DNA from: Nitrospirae bacterium RIFCSPHIGHO2_01_FULL_66_17
GTDB taxonomy: Bacteria > Nitrospirota > Nitrospiria > 2-01-FULL-66-17
DNA: 33,819 nt
NCBI GenBank assembly: GCA_001803875.1
Contig: MHEO01000039.1
Span: 1 to 33,819 of the forward strand
Reading direction: 5' to 3'
Positions 10,979 through 19,791 of the stretch are shown here, in pieces. The notes under the pieces are model-generated. The model was not told the origin of the DNA. It searched no databases and saw only the letters and a program-made list of their open reading frames with translations. Each line of letters opens with the position of its first letter. The stretch's first letter is position 1. Made by a program: the position numbers and the translations under genes.

Positions 10979-12183
10979 TCCCTGCCTCCTTGTTTCACCA
11001 GCCATGCCACCGGATCAAGCGGATCTTCGCCATGGCGCAACTCAAAGTAGATGCGGTCGTCACCCGTCTCGTCGCGGGCCGTGCCGATGACCTGTCCCGC
11101 GCTCACCGCGTCCCCGGGGCGAACCCGGAGCGCATCGGCGTGCGCGTACAGCGACAGGTAGCGCTCCCCGTGGTCGATGATCACGACCATGCCATACCCC
11201 TTGAGGCGGTCTGCGTACGCGATCCGGCCGTCCGCCACCGCCCGAATCGGCGTACCGTCGGCCGCGCGGATTTCGACGCCCTTGCGATCCACATAGGTGT
11301 CGAAGCGCGGATGCTTATGCCGGCCGAACGCGCCCACGATCGCTCCCGACAACGGCCAGAGCAACCGTCCTTTCTCTTGCGCGAACCCCCTTCCGCCCGT
11401 GGGCGGCCGAGAGGCCCGCACCATCTCGCCGATCAATTTCTCGAGGCGACGGGACGCTTCCTCGAGATCCTCAATCGACCGCGTATAGGCGACCTTTTCC
11501 GCCCGGAGCCCGCGGAGGAGGCGCTGCCGCGTCTCCCGCTCCGCGAGGACGGCGTCCAGGGCGTCGCCCTTGTCGCGCCGAAACGCGTCCAACTCCTCCT
11601 TGAGATGTTCCAGCGCCGCGACCTGCACGGTGACGCTCGCCGCCGCCGCCTGCGCGTCGGTCAGCAGGCGGCGATCCCGGTCGAGAATCTTCCGAACGGT
11701 GTCATACCGAATCGTCATATCGGCGGGAGCGGCCGCCAGGATGAAGGACCCGTACGCCGCCGTCCTCCATTTCGCGATCTCACGGAGCCGGATTCGAGCC
11801 CTCCGACGCGTGTCGTCCGCCCGCTGCGTCAAGCCCCCCAGGGTCCGCGTCGCCTCGGCGATTTCAAGATCCTTCTGCGCCGCGCTGAGTTCGGCCAGGC
11901 GCAGGGCGCGGCGATTGATGCCCAGCACGCGCGCCGTCTCTTCAAGCCGCTCGGCCACCGATCGCTCCCGCGAACTGACGAGATCGCGCCGTTTCTTGAT
12001 CCGATCGAGTTCCTGCTGCAACACGGCCAGCTCCTGGCGCTCCTTGGCGATCCGGTCCGCCGGCGAGACCGCCCACGCCGCGTGCGGCGCGGGCCAGAGT
12101 GCGATCACCACGCCCACCGCGAACCCGCCGCACCCCCACCCCCGGTTACGGCGCGAGTTGCCGAACCCGTCGAGCCGCGACAA
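10975..12183 (-). CDS. envC: Murein hydrolase activator EnvC (coiled coil + degenerate M23); start uncertain
   Basis: Signal peptide, long coiled coil, KGRLLWPLSG and YGMVVIIDHG...YFELR; follows ftsEX. Confidence 0.85.
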   Translation of the reverse strand: MSRLDGFGNSRRNRGWGCGGFAVGVVIALWPAPHAAWAVSPADRIAKERQELAVLQQELDRIKKRRDLVSSRERSVAERLEETARVLGINRRALRLAELSAAQKDLEIAEATRTLGGLTQRADDTRRRARIRLREIAKWRTAAYGSFILAAAPADMTIRYDTVRKILDRDRRLLTDAQAAAASVTVQVAALEHLKEELDAFRRDKGDALDAVLAERETRQRLLRGLRAEKVAYTRSIEDLEEASRRLEKLIGEMVRASRPPTGGRGFAQEKGRLLWPLSGAIVGAFGRHKHPRFDTYVDRKGVEIRAADGTPIRAVADGRIAYADRLKGYGMVVIIDHGERYLSLYAHADALRVRPGDAVSAGQVIGTARDETGDDRIYFELRHGEDPLDPVAWLVKQGGRE

Positions 12184-13009
12184 CGCTTCCCGCCCCCCCC
12201 ACGATGGCGCCCAGGCCGATCAAGAGCGGCACGAACTCCATCGGAAACACCAACCGATCGATCCACGCCGCCAGCAGGCCCTCGAAGGTCGAACCCCACC
12301 GCTCGTGGACCGCCAGCCACGCACCGCCCAACACCGCCGACGCGGCGAGCCCCCCCATGGTCCCGATGGCAAGCCCTTCCAGGAGAAACGGCTTGAGGAT
12401 CACGCCATCCGGCGCGCCCAGCAGACGGAGCAGGGAAACTTCCTCTCGGCGCACCCCCAGCGAAATGTGCACCATCACGCCGATGACCACCGCCACCGCC
12501 GCCGCCAGCGCCCCGCCGATCACCGCCCCCACGATCCACACGAGCCGGGCGGCCGCGCTCAGGTCCCGGATCAGCGCCTCCCCGAACCTGACATCCTCGA
12601 CCCCCGCGAGCGTCGCCCAGCGACGCGCCAGAGCCGCCATTCCGCTCGGCGTTTGCGCCGTATCGGCGACCGACACCTCGATCGAGGCGGGAAACGGATT
12701 GTCGCCCAGCCCCTCAAGCGCCGACCGGTCGAGCTGCATGAACCGCAGGAACTCCGCCTCCGCCTCGGCCTGGGTGACCAGATGGTGGGTCCGCACCGCG
12801 GGCTCGGACGCGATGGCCGCGCGAATCGCGTCAATCTCCTCCGGGGCGGCCGCGTCGCGCAGGTACACCACCACCTTCACATCGGCCCGCCACGCGCGCA
12901 TCAGCGTCCACGCGTTCCACGCCGCCAGCCAGCAGCCGCCGGCCAGGGTCAAGACCACGGCGGCCGTCAGGGTCACGCCCGCCGTCGCCGCCCGTTGCCC
13001 CCGGCTCAT
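12146..13009 (-). CDS. ftsX: Cell division permease FtsX
   Basis: TM1, VVVYL periplasmic loop with DNPFPASIEV, RREEVSLLRLLGA...PFLLEG. ATG 13009 overlaps the ftsE stop. Confidence 0.88.
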   Translation of the reverse strand: MSRGQRAATAGVTLTAAVVLTLAGGCWLAAWNAWTLMRAWRADVKVVVYLRDAAAPEEIDAIRAAIASEPAVRTHHLVTQAEAEAEFLRFMQLDRSALEGLGDNPFPASIEVSVADTAQTPSGMAALARRWATLAGVEDVRFGEALIRDLSAAARLVWIVGAVIGGALAAAVAVVIGVMVHISLGVRREEVSLLRLLGAPDGVILKPFLLEGLAIGTMGGLAASAVLGGAWLAVHERWGSTFEGLLAAWIDRLVFPMEFVPLLIGLGAIVGGAGSVVAARRVRQLAP

Positions 13010-13749
13010 GCGCGTTCGGCGACCGGGCCCGCCACGACCACACGGCCGGCCTGTAAGATCACGCGCCGGGCGCCCAGCCGTCCGGCCAGCCCGGGGTCGT
13101 GGGTGGCCACGAGCAGCGTCGCGCCGCGGGCGTGCGTCGCCCGGAGGGTCGAGATCACCTCCCGGGCGGCGACCTCGTCGAGCAGCGCGGTGGGTTCGTC
13201 GGCGAGCACGATCGGGGGCCGCGTCACCAGCGCGCGCGCCAGGCAGACCCGCTGGGTTTCCCCCCCCGACAGTTGCGGAGGATAGGCCGTCCGGCGCCCT
13301 TCCATCCCGACCGCCTTCAACATTTCGTAGACCCGGATGCGCGTGTCGTGAAACGGGGCCTTGACCGCCCTGAGCGCCAGCGCGATGTTGTCGGCCACCG
13401 TCAACGCGGGAAGCAACGGCATCCCCTGGACCATCAGCCCCATCGACCGTCGGACCGCCGCCAGATCGGGCGTCCCGCCCCCGCTGATCTCCGTCCCGTT
13501 CACGAACACCGTCCCGGCGTCGGCGCGCTCCGCTCCGATCATGAGCCGGAAGAGCGTGCTCTTCCCCGCGCCGGTCGGGCCCTCGATCACGACGAGTTCG
13601 CCCCGCGCCACGTGAAAACTGACGCCGCGCAACACGTCGAGACCGGCCTGGAACGATTTCCACACGTCGAGGACCTGGATCGCGACGGGTCCGTTGCCGC
13701 CCGCCCCAGCCCTCGCCGGAGCCTGGGCCGAGACGGTCCGGCGCGACAT
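13006..13749 (-). CDS. ftsE: Cell division ATP-binding protein FtsE
   Basis: GPTGAGKST, LSGGETQRV, LADEPT, VATHD; directly upstream of ftsX. Confidence 0.88.
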   Translation of the reverse strand: MSRRTVSAQAPARAGAGGNGPVAIQVLDVWKSFQAGLDVLRGVSFHVARGELVVIEGPTGAGKSTLFRLMIGAERADAGTVFVNGTEISGGGTPDLAAVRRSMGLMVQGMPLLPALTVADNIALALRAVKAPFHDTRIRVYEMLKAVGMEGRRTAYPPQLSGGETQRVCLARALVTRPPIVLADEPTALLDEVAAREVISTLRATHARGATLLVATHDPGLAGRLGARRVILQAGRVVVAGPVAERA

Positions 13750-14138
13750 CAGGACGGCTTCCCCCGTCGCGACGCCAACTGCTCGTCGATCACCTCGTCC
13801 AGGGTCCGTCGTCCGCGAGGCATGGTCGGGCGCGGCGGAACGGGGGGGACGGGCGGGGCCTCGGGCGCAGCCGCGGACGGCGTCGCCCCGCCGCCGAACT
13901 GGCCGGTCGTCAGACTCTTGATCATCCCCTGGTGCTGCGCCTTCATCATTTCCCGCACCACCTCGGGGTTCGGACCCGCCTGGATCACGTCCGCGTAGGA
14001 CACCTTCTTCGACGAGAGAATGGCGCCTCCCGCGAACAGATGGGTCACGATGACGGGGTTCTGCTGCCCCCCGTCCTCGGTCTGCACGTGGTACATCTTG
14101 CCCCCGTGCTCCACGTCGGTATTGATGCCGCTCAGCAT
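13749..14138 (-). CDS. Conserved-looking hypothetical protein with Pro-rich linker
   Basis: MLSGINTDVEHGGKMYHVQTEDGG globular N-terminus, Pro/Ala linker and TLDEVI tail; SD GGAG before ATG 14138. Confidence 0.7.
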   Translation of the reverse strand: MLSGINTDVEHGGKMYHVQTEDGGQQNPVIVTHLFAGGAILSSKKVSYADVIQAGPNPEVVREMMKAQHQGMIKSLTTGQFGGGATPSAAAPEAPPVPPVPPRPTMPRGRRTLDEVIDEQLASRRGKPS

Positions 14139-14232
14139 GGTTCTCCAGCCACGCACGCCCCGCTTGCCGCGGGGGCGTTACCGTCCGGGGTTCCCGTCCT
14201 CTGCGATCGACACGGACACTCCATCGCTCTCC

Positions 14233-14610
14233 CTACTCGGCGCACGAGGCGTCGAACGCGTTCGTGATGACATCCACCCGTGGCGGGCCCTCCGGCCGCT
14301 CGTCCACCACGACGATGTCAAACCGACACAACGGCTCGCCCAGTCGCCGGCGCGACAGATACTGCTGCGCCAAGCGAACCAGCCGGCGCTGCTTGCGCCG
14401 GTCCACGGCGAAGGCCGGATCGCCGAATTGCGCGCCCCGCCGCGCCTTGACCTCGACGAACACGAGGGTGTCGCCGTCGTACGCCACCACGTCCAGTTCG
14501 CCCCACCGCGAGCGGTAATTGCGCTCCACGATGCGGTAGCCGCGACGCGCGAGCGCCGCCGCCGCGACGGCCTCGCCGTGCGCGCCGAACGCGCCCGTGT
14601 CAGTGGACAC
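14233..14610 (-). CDS. yraN: YraN family (UPF0102) nuclease-like protein
   Basis: GEAVAA...GYRIVERNYRSRWGELDVVA...LVFVEVKAR...RFDIV. Confidence 0.92.
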   Translation of the reverse strand: MSTDTGAFGAHGEAVAAAALARRGYRIVERNYRSRWGELDVVAYDGDTLVFVEVKARRGAQFGDPAFAVDRRKQRRLVRLAQQYLSRRRLGEPLCRFDIVVVDERPEGPPRVDVITNAFDASCAE

Positions 14611-15211
14611 GCGACGCGCCTTCCCCCGGCACCCCGCGAAAGGTCCGACGATGAATCGCGCAGGCGCCGTAACGCGCCAGGCGATCGAGATGGGCCGGCG
14701 TCCCGTAGCCCTTGTGGACGTCGAATCCGTAGCGGGGATAGCGGACGTGGTAGTCGTCCATAAGCCGGTCCCGAACGACCTTGGCGACGATCGACGCGGA
14801 CGCGACGAGGTAACTGAGCCGGTCGCCCCCGATGATCGCCCGCTGGAGCAGGGGGAGGCGCGGCAACGGAACCGCGTCGATTAGAAGGGCATCGGGAGGA
14901 ACGCTCAACCGGGACACGGCCTCCTCCATGGCGCCGATCGTGGCCTGCAGGATGTTGATCCGTTCGATGTCGCGGGCTCCCACGATGCCCACGCCCACCG
15001 CCACCGCCTTCTCGAGTATCCGGTGATACAACTGCTCGCGCTCCGCGGGCGGGATGAGCTTGGAATCCCGCACGCCGTCGATCGGCCGGGTCCAGGGCAG
15101 GATGACCGCCGCCGCAACCACGGGCCCCGCGAGCGGGCCGCGCCCCGCCTCGTCGACGCCCGCAATGCGGACACGGCCGTCGGCCTCAAGCTCCCGTTCA
15201 TGGGTCAGCAT
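14600..15211 (-). CDS. rnhB: Ribonuclease HII
   Basis: AGVDEAGRGPLAGPVVAAAVIL, DSK, ASASIVAKVVRD, HKGYGT, IHRRTF. Confidence 0.95.
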   Translation of the reverse strand: MLTHERELEADGRVRIAGVDEAGRGPLAGPVVAAAVILPWTRPIDGVRDSKLIPPAEREQLYHRILEKAVAVGVGIVGARDIERINILQATIGAMEEAVSRLSVPPDALLIDAVPLPRLPLLQRAIIGGDRLSYLVASASIVAKVVRDRLMDDYHVRYPRYGFDVHKGYGTPAHLDRLARYGACAIHRRTFRGVPGEGASRVH

Positions 15212-15248
15212 CGGCGCACGGCCGACGACCGCTTCCAGGGGAGACCGG

Positions 15249-15674
15249 TCAGGAGACGGGAAGCGTCTCGGCGGCCGGCGCTTCCGCCGGCTCGACCACC
15301 GGCCCGGCGGCCGACCGCGAGAGCCGGCTCTCCGCAGACCGCTCGGCGATACGCGCCGCGCGCCCCTTCTTGGAGCGCAGGTAATAGAGCTTGGCCCGCC
15401 GCACGCGACCGGATCGCACCACCTCGACCTTGTCGACAAACGGGGAATGGATCGGGAAAATCCGTTCCACCCCCACGCCGTAGGAGATCTTTCGCACGAC
15501 GAAGGTTTCGCGGTTGCTTCCGCCCTTTCTCCCAATCACCACGCCTTCGAAGACCTGAATGCGCTCTTTCTCGCCCTCGATCACCTTAACGTGGACCCGA
15601 ACCGTGTCGCCGACCTGGAACGCCGGAGCTTCCGGTTTCAAGAGGCGTTTTTCAATTCGCTGCATCTGACTCAT
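15249..15674 (-). CDS. rplS: 50S ribosomal protein L19
   Basis: [41 protein letters not shown]. Confidence 0.98.
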   Translation of the reverse strand: MSQMQRIEKRLLKPEAPAFQVGDTVRVHVKVIEGEKERIQVFEGVVIGRKGGSNRETFVVRKISYGVGVERIFPIHSPFVDKVEVVRSGRVRRAKLYYLRSKKGRAARIAERSAESRLSRSAAGPVVEPAEAPAAETLPVS

Positions 15675-15780
15675 GGCTTCCTCCTATCCAAAGCTTGCCC
15701 CGGCGCACCGCCGGGGGTTCGCCCCGTGATCTTCGATTGGCCGACGCACCGGCTTCCAGATCCGTGACATCACGTCTGAC

Positions 15781-16521
15781 CTACGATGAGACCCGTTCGT
15801 CGAGGGCGTCCAGTCGGCGCCGCTCGTCCTCGCTCACCGCCGCGCGCTCAAGGAGGTCCGGTCGGCGGCGGTGGGTCTCCCGCAGTGCCTGCTCGCGCCG
15901 CCACGCCTTGATCGCGGCGTGATGGCCGGACAACAAGACGTCGGGCACCCGCAGTCCCCGAAACTCCGCGGGGCGCGTGTACTGCGGGTATTCCAAGAGA
16001 GAATCCACGAACGATTCCTCCACGGCCGAGGACGGATCGCCCAGGACGCCCGGCACGAGCCGCGCGGTCGCGTCCAGCATGACGAGGGCCGCCAACTCCC
16101 CTCCGGTGAGGACGTAATCCCCGATCGACACCTCTTCCCACGGGGCGGTCGCGCCGATCCGATCGTCGATGCCCTCGTAGTGCCCGCACAGAAACACCAG
16201 CCGACGGGGATCCCGGCTCCACTCCGCCGCCGCCTCGTGCGAAAAGCGTCGCCCGCGGGGCGACGTCACGATCCAGCGGCGCGGCCCGCCGTCGGCGGTC
16301 AGCGCGTCGATGGCTCGAGCGATGGGCTCCAGCTTCAACACCATGCCGACCCCGCCCCCGTAGGGCGCGTCATCCGCCGTGCGATGCCGGTCGTCGGTGT
16401 AGTCCCGCAGGTCCACCACGCGGACATCGAGCCGCCCCTGCTCCTGCGCGCGAGCGAGGATGCTGGCTCCGATCACCGAGCGGATCATCTCGGGGAACAG
16501 CGTCAGAATGTCACAGCGCAT
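15781..16521 (-). CDS. trmD: tRNA (guanine37-N1)-methyltransferase
   Basis: ILTLFPEM, DDAPYGGGVGM, CGHYEGID, SIGDYVLTGGE, LEYPQYTRP. Confidence 0.97.
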   Translation of the reverse strand: MRCDILTLFPEMIRSVIGASILARAQEQGRLDVRVVDLRDYTDDRHRTADDAPYGGGVGMVLKLEPIARAIDALTADGGPRRWIVTSPRGRRFSHEAAAEWSRDPRRLVFLCGHYEGIDDRIGATAPWEEVSIGDYVLTGGELAALVMLDATARLVPGVLGDPSSAVEESFVDSLLEYPQYTRPAEFRGLRVPDVLLSGHHAAIKAWRREQALRETHRRRPDLLERAAVSEDERRRLDALDERVSS

Positions 16522-17110
16522 CGTCATCCAGCCACCCGTTCGGCGGTCGCACAATGATTCGCCCGCCCGCGAGATCGACGTCCACCACCACGCTCTTCAC
16601 CGAGGCCAGCAACCGCTCGGCGCCATCGGCGTCCAGTACCAGGACATCGTGCGGCCCGGTCGACCACACCTCGCGCACGACGCCCACCCGTTCGCCCGTC
16701 TCGGTCCACGCGACCAGCCCCCTGAGCTGATCGTGATAGTAGGATCCTTCCGGCAACGCCGGGCGCTCGGCCTCGGCGACCGCCAGATACCGCCCGCGCG
16801 CGGCCACCGCCTCATCGATCGACGACCACTCCTTGAAACGGAGGTACACGCCCCCGCGAGGCTCCCCTCGAACCTCCGCCACCGTCACGCGGGCCGGCGG
16901 CTCACCCAGCAACCAGAATGTCGCGCCGACCCGAAAGCGCCCCGAGACGTCGGAGAGCGATTCCACCCGTACCTCACCGCGCAAGCCGTGCGGCTTGACG
17001 ATCCGGGCAACCAGCACCGGCGATTCGGGCGCCGCCTCGGGCGATCGCCCATCCCGACTCGGCATCAGAGCCCGCGGGCGGTGCGATCGAGCATCCGTCA
17101 CCGCCGCCAC
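16511..17110 (-). CDS. rimM: 16S rRNA processing protein RimM (start may be ATG 17065)
   Basis: VARIVKPHGLRGEV, LPEGSYYHDQLRG, TGPHDVL; lies between rpsP and trmD. Confidence 0.93.
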   Translation of the reverse strand: MAAVTDARSHRPRALMPSRDGRSPEAAPESPVLVARIVKPHGLRGEVRVESLSDVSGRFRVGATFWLLGEPPARVTVAEVRGEPRGGVYLRFKEWSSIDEAVAARGRYLAVAEAERPALPEGSYYHDQLRGLVAWTETGERVGVVREVWSTGPHDVLVLDADGAERLLASVKSVVVDVDLAGGRIIVRPPNGWLDDDAL

Positions 17111-17121
17111 GCCCGCCGCGC

Positions 17122-17379
17122 TCAGCCCCCTTGAGGCGCCGCCCCGAGGCCGGCCCGCTTCAAGAGCTGCTTGACGGTCGCCGTCGTCTGGGCGCCCTGC
17201 TTCAACCAGCCCTCCGCCCGGCCCATGTCGAGCCGGACCCCCGATGCGTCGGCCAGGGGGTCATACGTCCCCAGGACCTCGATGAACCGACCGTCACGCG
17301 GCGCGCGCGAATCCGCAACCACGATCCGATAAAACGGCCGCTTGTGCCGACCGCGCCGAGCCAACCGAATCTTCACCAT
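17122..17379 (-). CDS. rpsP: 30S ribosomal protein S16
   Basis: [41 protein letters not shown]. Confidence 0.98.
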   Translation of the reverse strand: MVKIRLARRGRHKRPFYRIVVADSRAPRDGRFIEVLGTYDPLADASGVRLDMGRAEGWLKQGAQTTATVKQLLKRAGLGAAPQGG

Positions 17380-17422
17380 GTCGTTCGTCCCCTTTCCTTT
17401 CCGTTCCGCTCTTCTCTTCGCC

Positions 17423-18265
17423 TCACACGCCCCACGCCAGCCGGTCGCGAGTCGCTTTCAACAACCCTTCATACCCGTCCTGTGCGACCGTGCCAACCGC
17501 GTGCCGCACCGCGAGCGCCCCTCGAATCCTCCCCGCCGCTCGACTCGCCTCGACCCTGGCCTCGATGCGGCTCATGAGGCTCTCGGCCCCGACCGCGTCC
17601 GTGTCGAGCAGCACCATCGCGAAGGTCTGGTGGTCGTATCGTCCCGCCACGTCGACCTTCCGGAGGGACGCACGGATCGCCTCGCCGACCAGACGGATCA
17701 CCTGATCCGCGTCCGGACCGTCCAGCACCTCCCCCGAGAGGGCGGTCATCACGGCCGCCAGCGCGCGCTGTTGCCGCTGGGCGAGTTTGATCTCCCGCCG
17801 GTAGAGGTCGTCGAAATAGGCGCGGGCGTAAAGCCCCGTCACCCGATCGAGCCGCTCGTGCGCGAGAATCTGCTCCTCGAGCTCGGCCCGATCCGAGACA
17901 TCCCGGATCAAGATGAGCGCCAAGGGCGAGCCGTCGGCGGCCGTCATCGGAATGCACGACGCGGGCACCACCTGCCCCCCCCGGCCTGGGAGATTGACGT
18001 CCAGCGCCTCCCGGCGCTCGCGTCGTTCCAGCGCGGCCGCGCCCGGACACGCCGTCTCGCACAACTCGAACCCCTCCGCGTTCTGACACACCGCTACCTC
18101 GCTGCACACCCGCGTCCCGACCGCGTCGGACGCGGCGCAGGCGGTCAAGCGCTCGGCCGCCGGATTGAGCGCGAGGATCCGCAGCGCCCGATCGATCACC
18201 ATCACGCCGTCCGAGGTGTGCTCGAACAACTCCTTAAAGCGCTCCCGCTCGATCTCAAACGCCAC
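17423..18265 (-). CDS. PAS domain + degenerate GGDEF domain protein
   Basis: GTG 18265 after GGGGAGG. PAS (DGVMVID...NPAAERLT...IRDVS), then DRVTGLY, I-site RKVD, and RYDHQTF in place of RYGG(D/E)EF. Confidence 0.8.
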   Translation of the reverse strand: MAFEIERERFKELFEHTSDGVMVIDRALRILALNPAAERLTACAASDAVGTRVCSEVAVCQNAEGFELCETACPGAAALERRERREALDVNLPGRGGQVVPASCIPMTAADGSPLALILIRDVSDRAELEEQILAHERLDRVTGLYARAYFDDLYRREIKLAQRQQRALAAVMTALSGEVLDGPDADQVIRLVGEAIRASLRKVDVAGRYDHQTFAMVLLDTDAVGAESLMSRIEARVEASRAAGRIRGALAVRHAVGTVAQDGYEGLLKATRDRLAWGV

Positions 18266-18335
18266 GCGTCGCCTCCCCCACCGGTCCGCCGTCAACGGCA
18301 ACGCCCCACCGCAGGGGCCGTCCGGCGCCGTGCGC

Positions 18336-19667
18336 CTACGCGGAAAATAGGCGGGCGGCAAGCGACCGCCCGCGGGGCCCACCCAAGGCTTTCATCATCT
18401 TCTTGGCCTGCGCGAACTGCTTCATCAGTTGGTTGATCTCTTGAACCGTCGTCCCGCTCCCCCGGGCAATGCGCTTGCGGCGACTCCCGTTGATCACATC
18501 GGGGCGCCGGCGCTCCTCGGCCGTCATCGAGTTCACGATCGCTTCGACCCGCACCAGATCGCGCTCGGCGCCGTTCCCCTCCATGCGCTCGGCGAGCTTG
18601 GCGCCCCCGGGAATCATCGCCACGAGATCCGACAGCGATCCCAATTTCTTGACCTGTTGCACCTGCGCCCTGAACTCGTCGAAGGTGAACGCGTCGGTCC
18701 CCAGCGTCCGCTCCAGCGCCCGGGCGTCGTCCTGCGAGAACGCCTCCCGCGCCCGCTCGACGAGGCTCTCGACGTCGCCCATCCCCAGGATGCGGGACGC
18801 CGCGCGCTCGGGATGAAACGGCTCGAGCGCCGCAAGCGACTCCCCCACCCCCACGTACCGGATCGGCTTGCCGGTCACCGCGCGCATCGACAGGACGGCG
18901 CCCCCGCGGGCATCGCCCTCGGTCTTGGTCAGCACGATCCCGGTCACCCCGACCCGGCGGTCGAACTGCTCGGCGATCGACACCGCCGCTTGTCCGGTCA
19001 TCGCATCAGCCACCAGCAGCACCTCATGGGGCCGCACCGCGTCGCGGATCGCCGCCAGTTCGCCCATCAACTCGTCGTCGATCTGCAGGCGCCCGGCGGT
19101 ATCGAGCACCACCACGTCGATCCCCCCGCGGTCGGCCCTGGCCACGGCCGACCGGCACACCGCCTCCGCGGACCGCTCGTCGGCCGGCACGTGGACCGGC
19201 ACCCCCACCTGCCCGCCGATGACCTCGAGTTGGCGAATCGCGGCGGGGCGCTTTAAGTCGGCGGCCGCCAACAGCACGCGGCGGCCCTCGGCGTGAAACA
19301 CCCGCGCGAGCTTTCCCGCGGTCGTGGTCTTCCCGGCACCCTGCAACCCCACAAGCATCACCACCGTCGGCGGGTTGGGCGCCAACTGCACCGGGCGGTG
19401 AGCCTCTCCGAGCAGCGCGCGCAGTTCCTCCCACACGATGGTGACGACCTGCTGGCCCGGGGTCAGACTGTGCAAGACCTCCTGTGTCAGCGCCCGCGCT
19501 TTGACGGCGTCCAGGAGCGTCTTGACGACCTTGACGTGCACGTCGGCCTCCAGCAGCGCCAGGCGCACGTCGCGGAGCGCCTCCGTCACGGCGGCCTCGT
19601 CGAGGAGACCCCGTCCGCGGAGTCGCTTGAAGATCGACTCAAACTTTGCTGTCAGTCCGTCCCACAC
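18336..19667 (-). CDS. ffh: Signal recognition particle protein Ffh
   Basis: ALLEADV, GLQGAGKTT, DTAGRL, DAMTGQ, GDARGGA, RILGMGD, SRRKRIARGSG. Confidence 0.98.
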   Translation of the reverse strand: MWDGLTAKFESIFKRLRGRGLLDEAAVTEALRDVRLALLEADVHVKVVKTLLDAVKARALTQEVLHSLTPGQQVVTIVWEELRALLGEAHRPVQLAPNPPTVVMLVGLQGAGKTTTAGKLARVFHAEGRRVLLAAADLKRPAAIRQLEVIGGQVGVPVHVPADERSAEAVCRSAVARADRGGIDVVVLDTAGRLQIDDELMGELAAIRDAVRPHEVLLVADAMTGQAAVSIAEQFDRRVGVTGIVLTKTEGDARGGAVLSMRAVTGKPIRYVGVGESLAALEPFHPERAASRILGMGDVESLVERAREAFSQDDARALERTLGTDAFTFDEFRAQVQQVKKLGSLSDLVAMIPGGAKLAERMEGNGAERDLVRVEAIVNSMTAEERRRPDVINGSRRKRIARGSGTTVQEINQLMKQFAQAKKMMKALGGPRGRSLAARLFSA

Positions 19668-19708
19668 CGCCTAATCTCTTCATAGACGCATTTCGGCACA
19701 ACCGACGT

Positions 19709-19737
19709 AGTGTAGAGAAGCCACAACGGAAAGTCAA
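19709..19737 (-). promoter_or_regulatory. Sigma70-type promoter of the ffh-rpsP operon
   Basis: TTGACT-N17-TACACT upstream of ffh. Confidence 0.7.
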
Positions 19738-19791
19738 GAAAATTTCCCTAGACTTTCTCGTGTGTTGCAGCGCAGCCGTCCATCCCACGGG

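Noticed and set aside
12146-13663. 505-aa version of ftsX, and the extended ORF-track starts of rpmB, rnhB, the response regulator and nrdJ
   Set aside because: The extensions overlap neighbouring genes or promoters; internal starts with an SD or ATGA coupling fit the families better.
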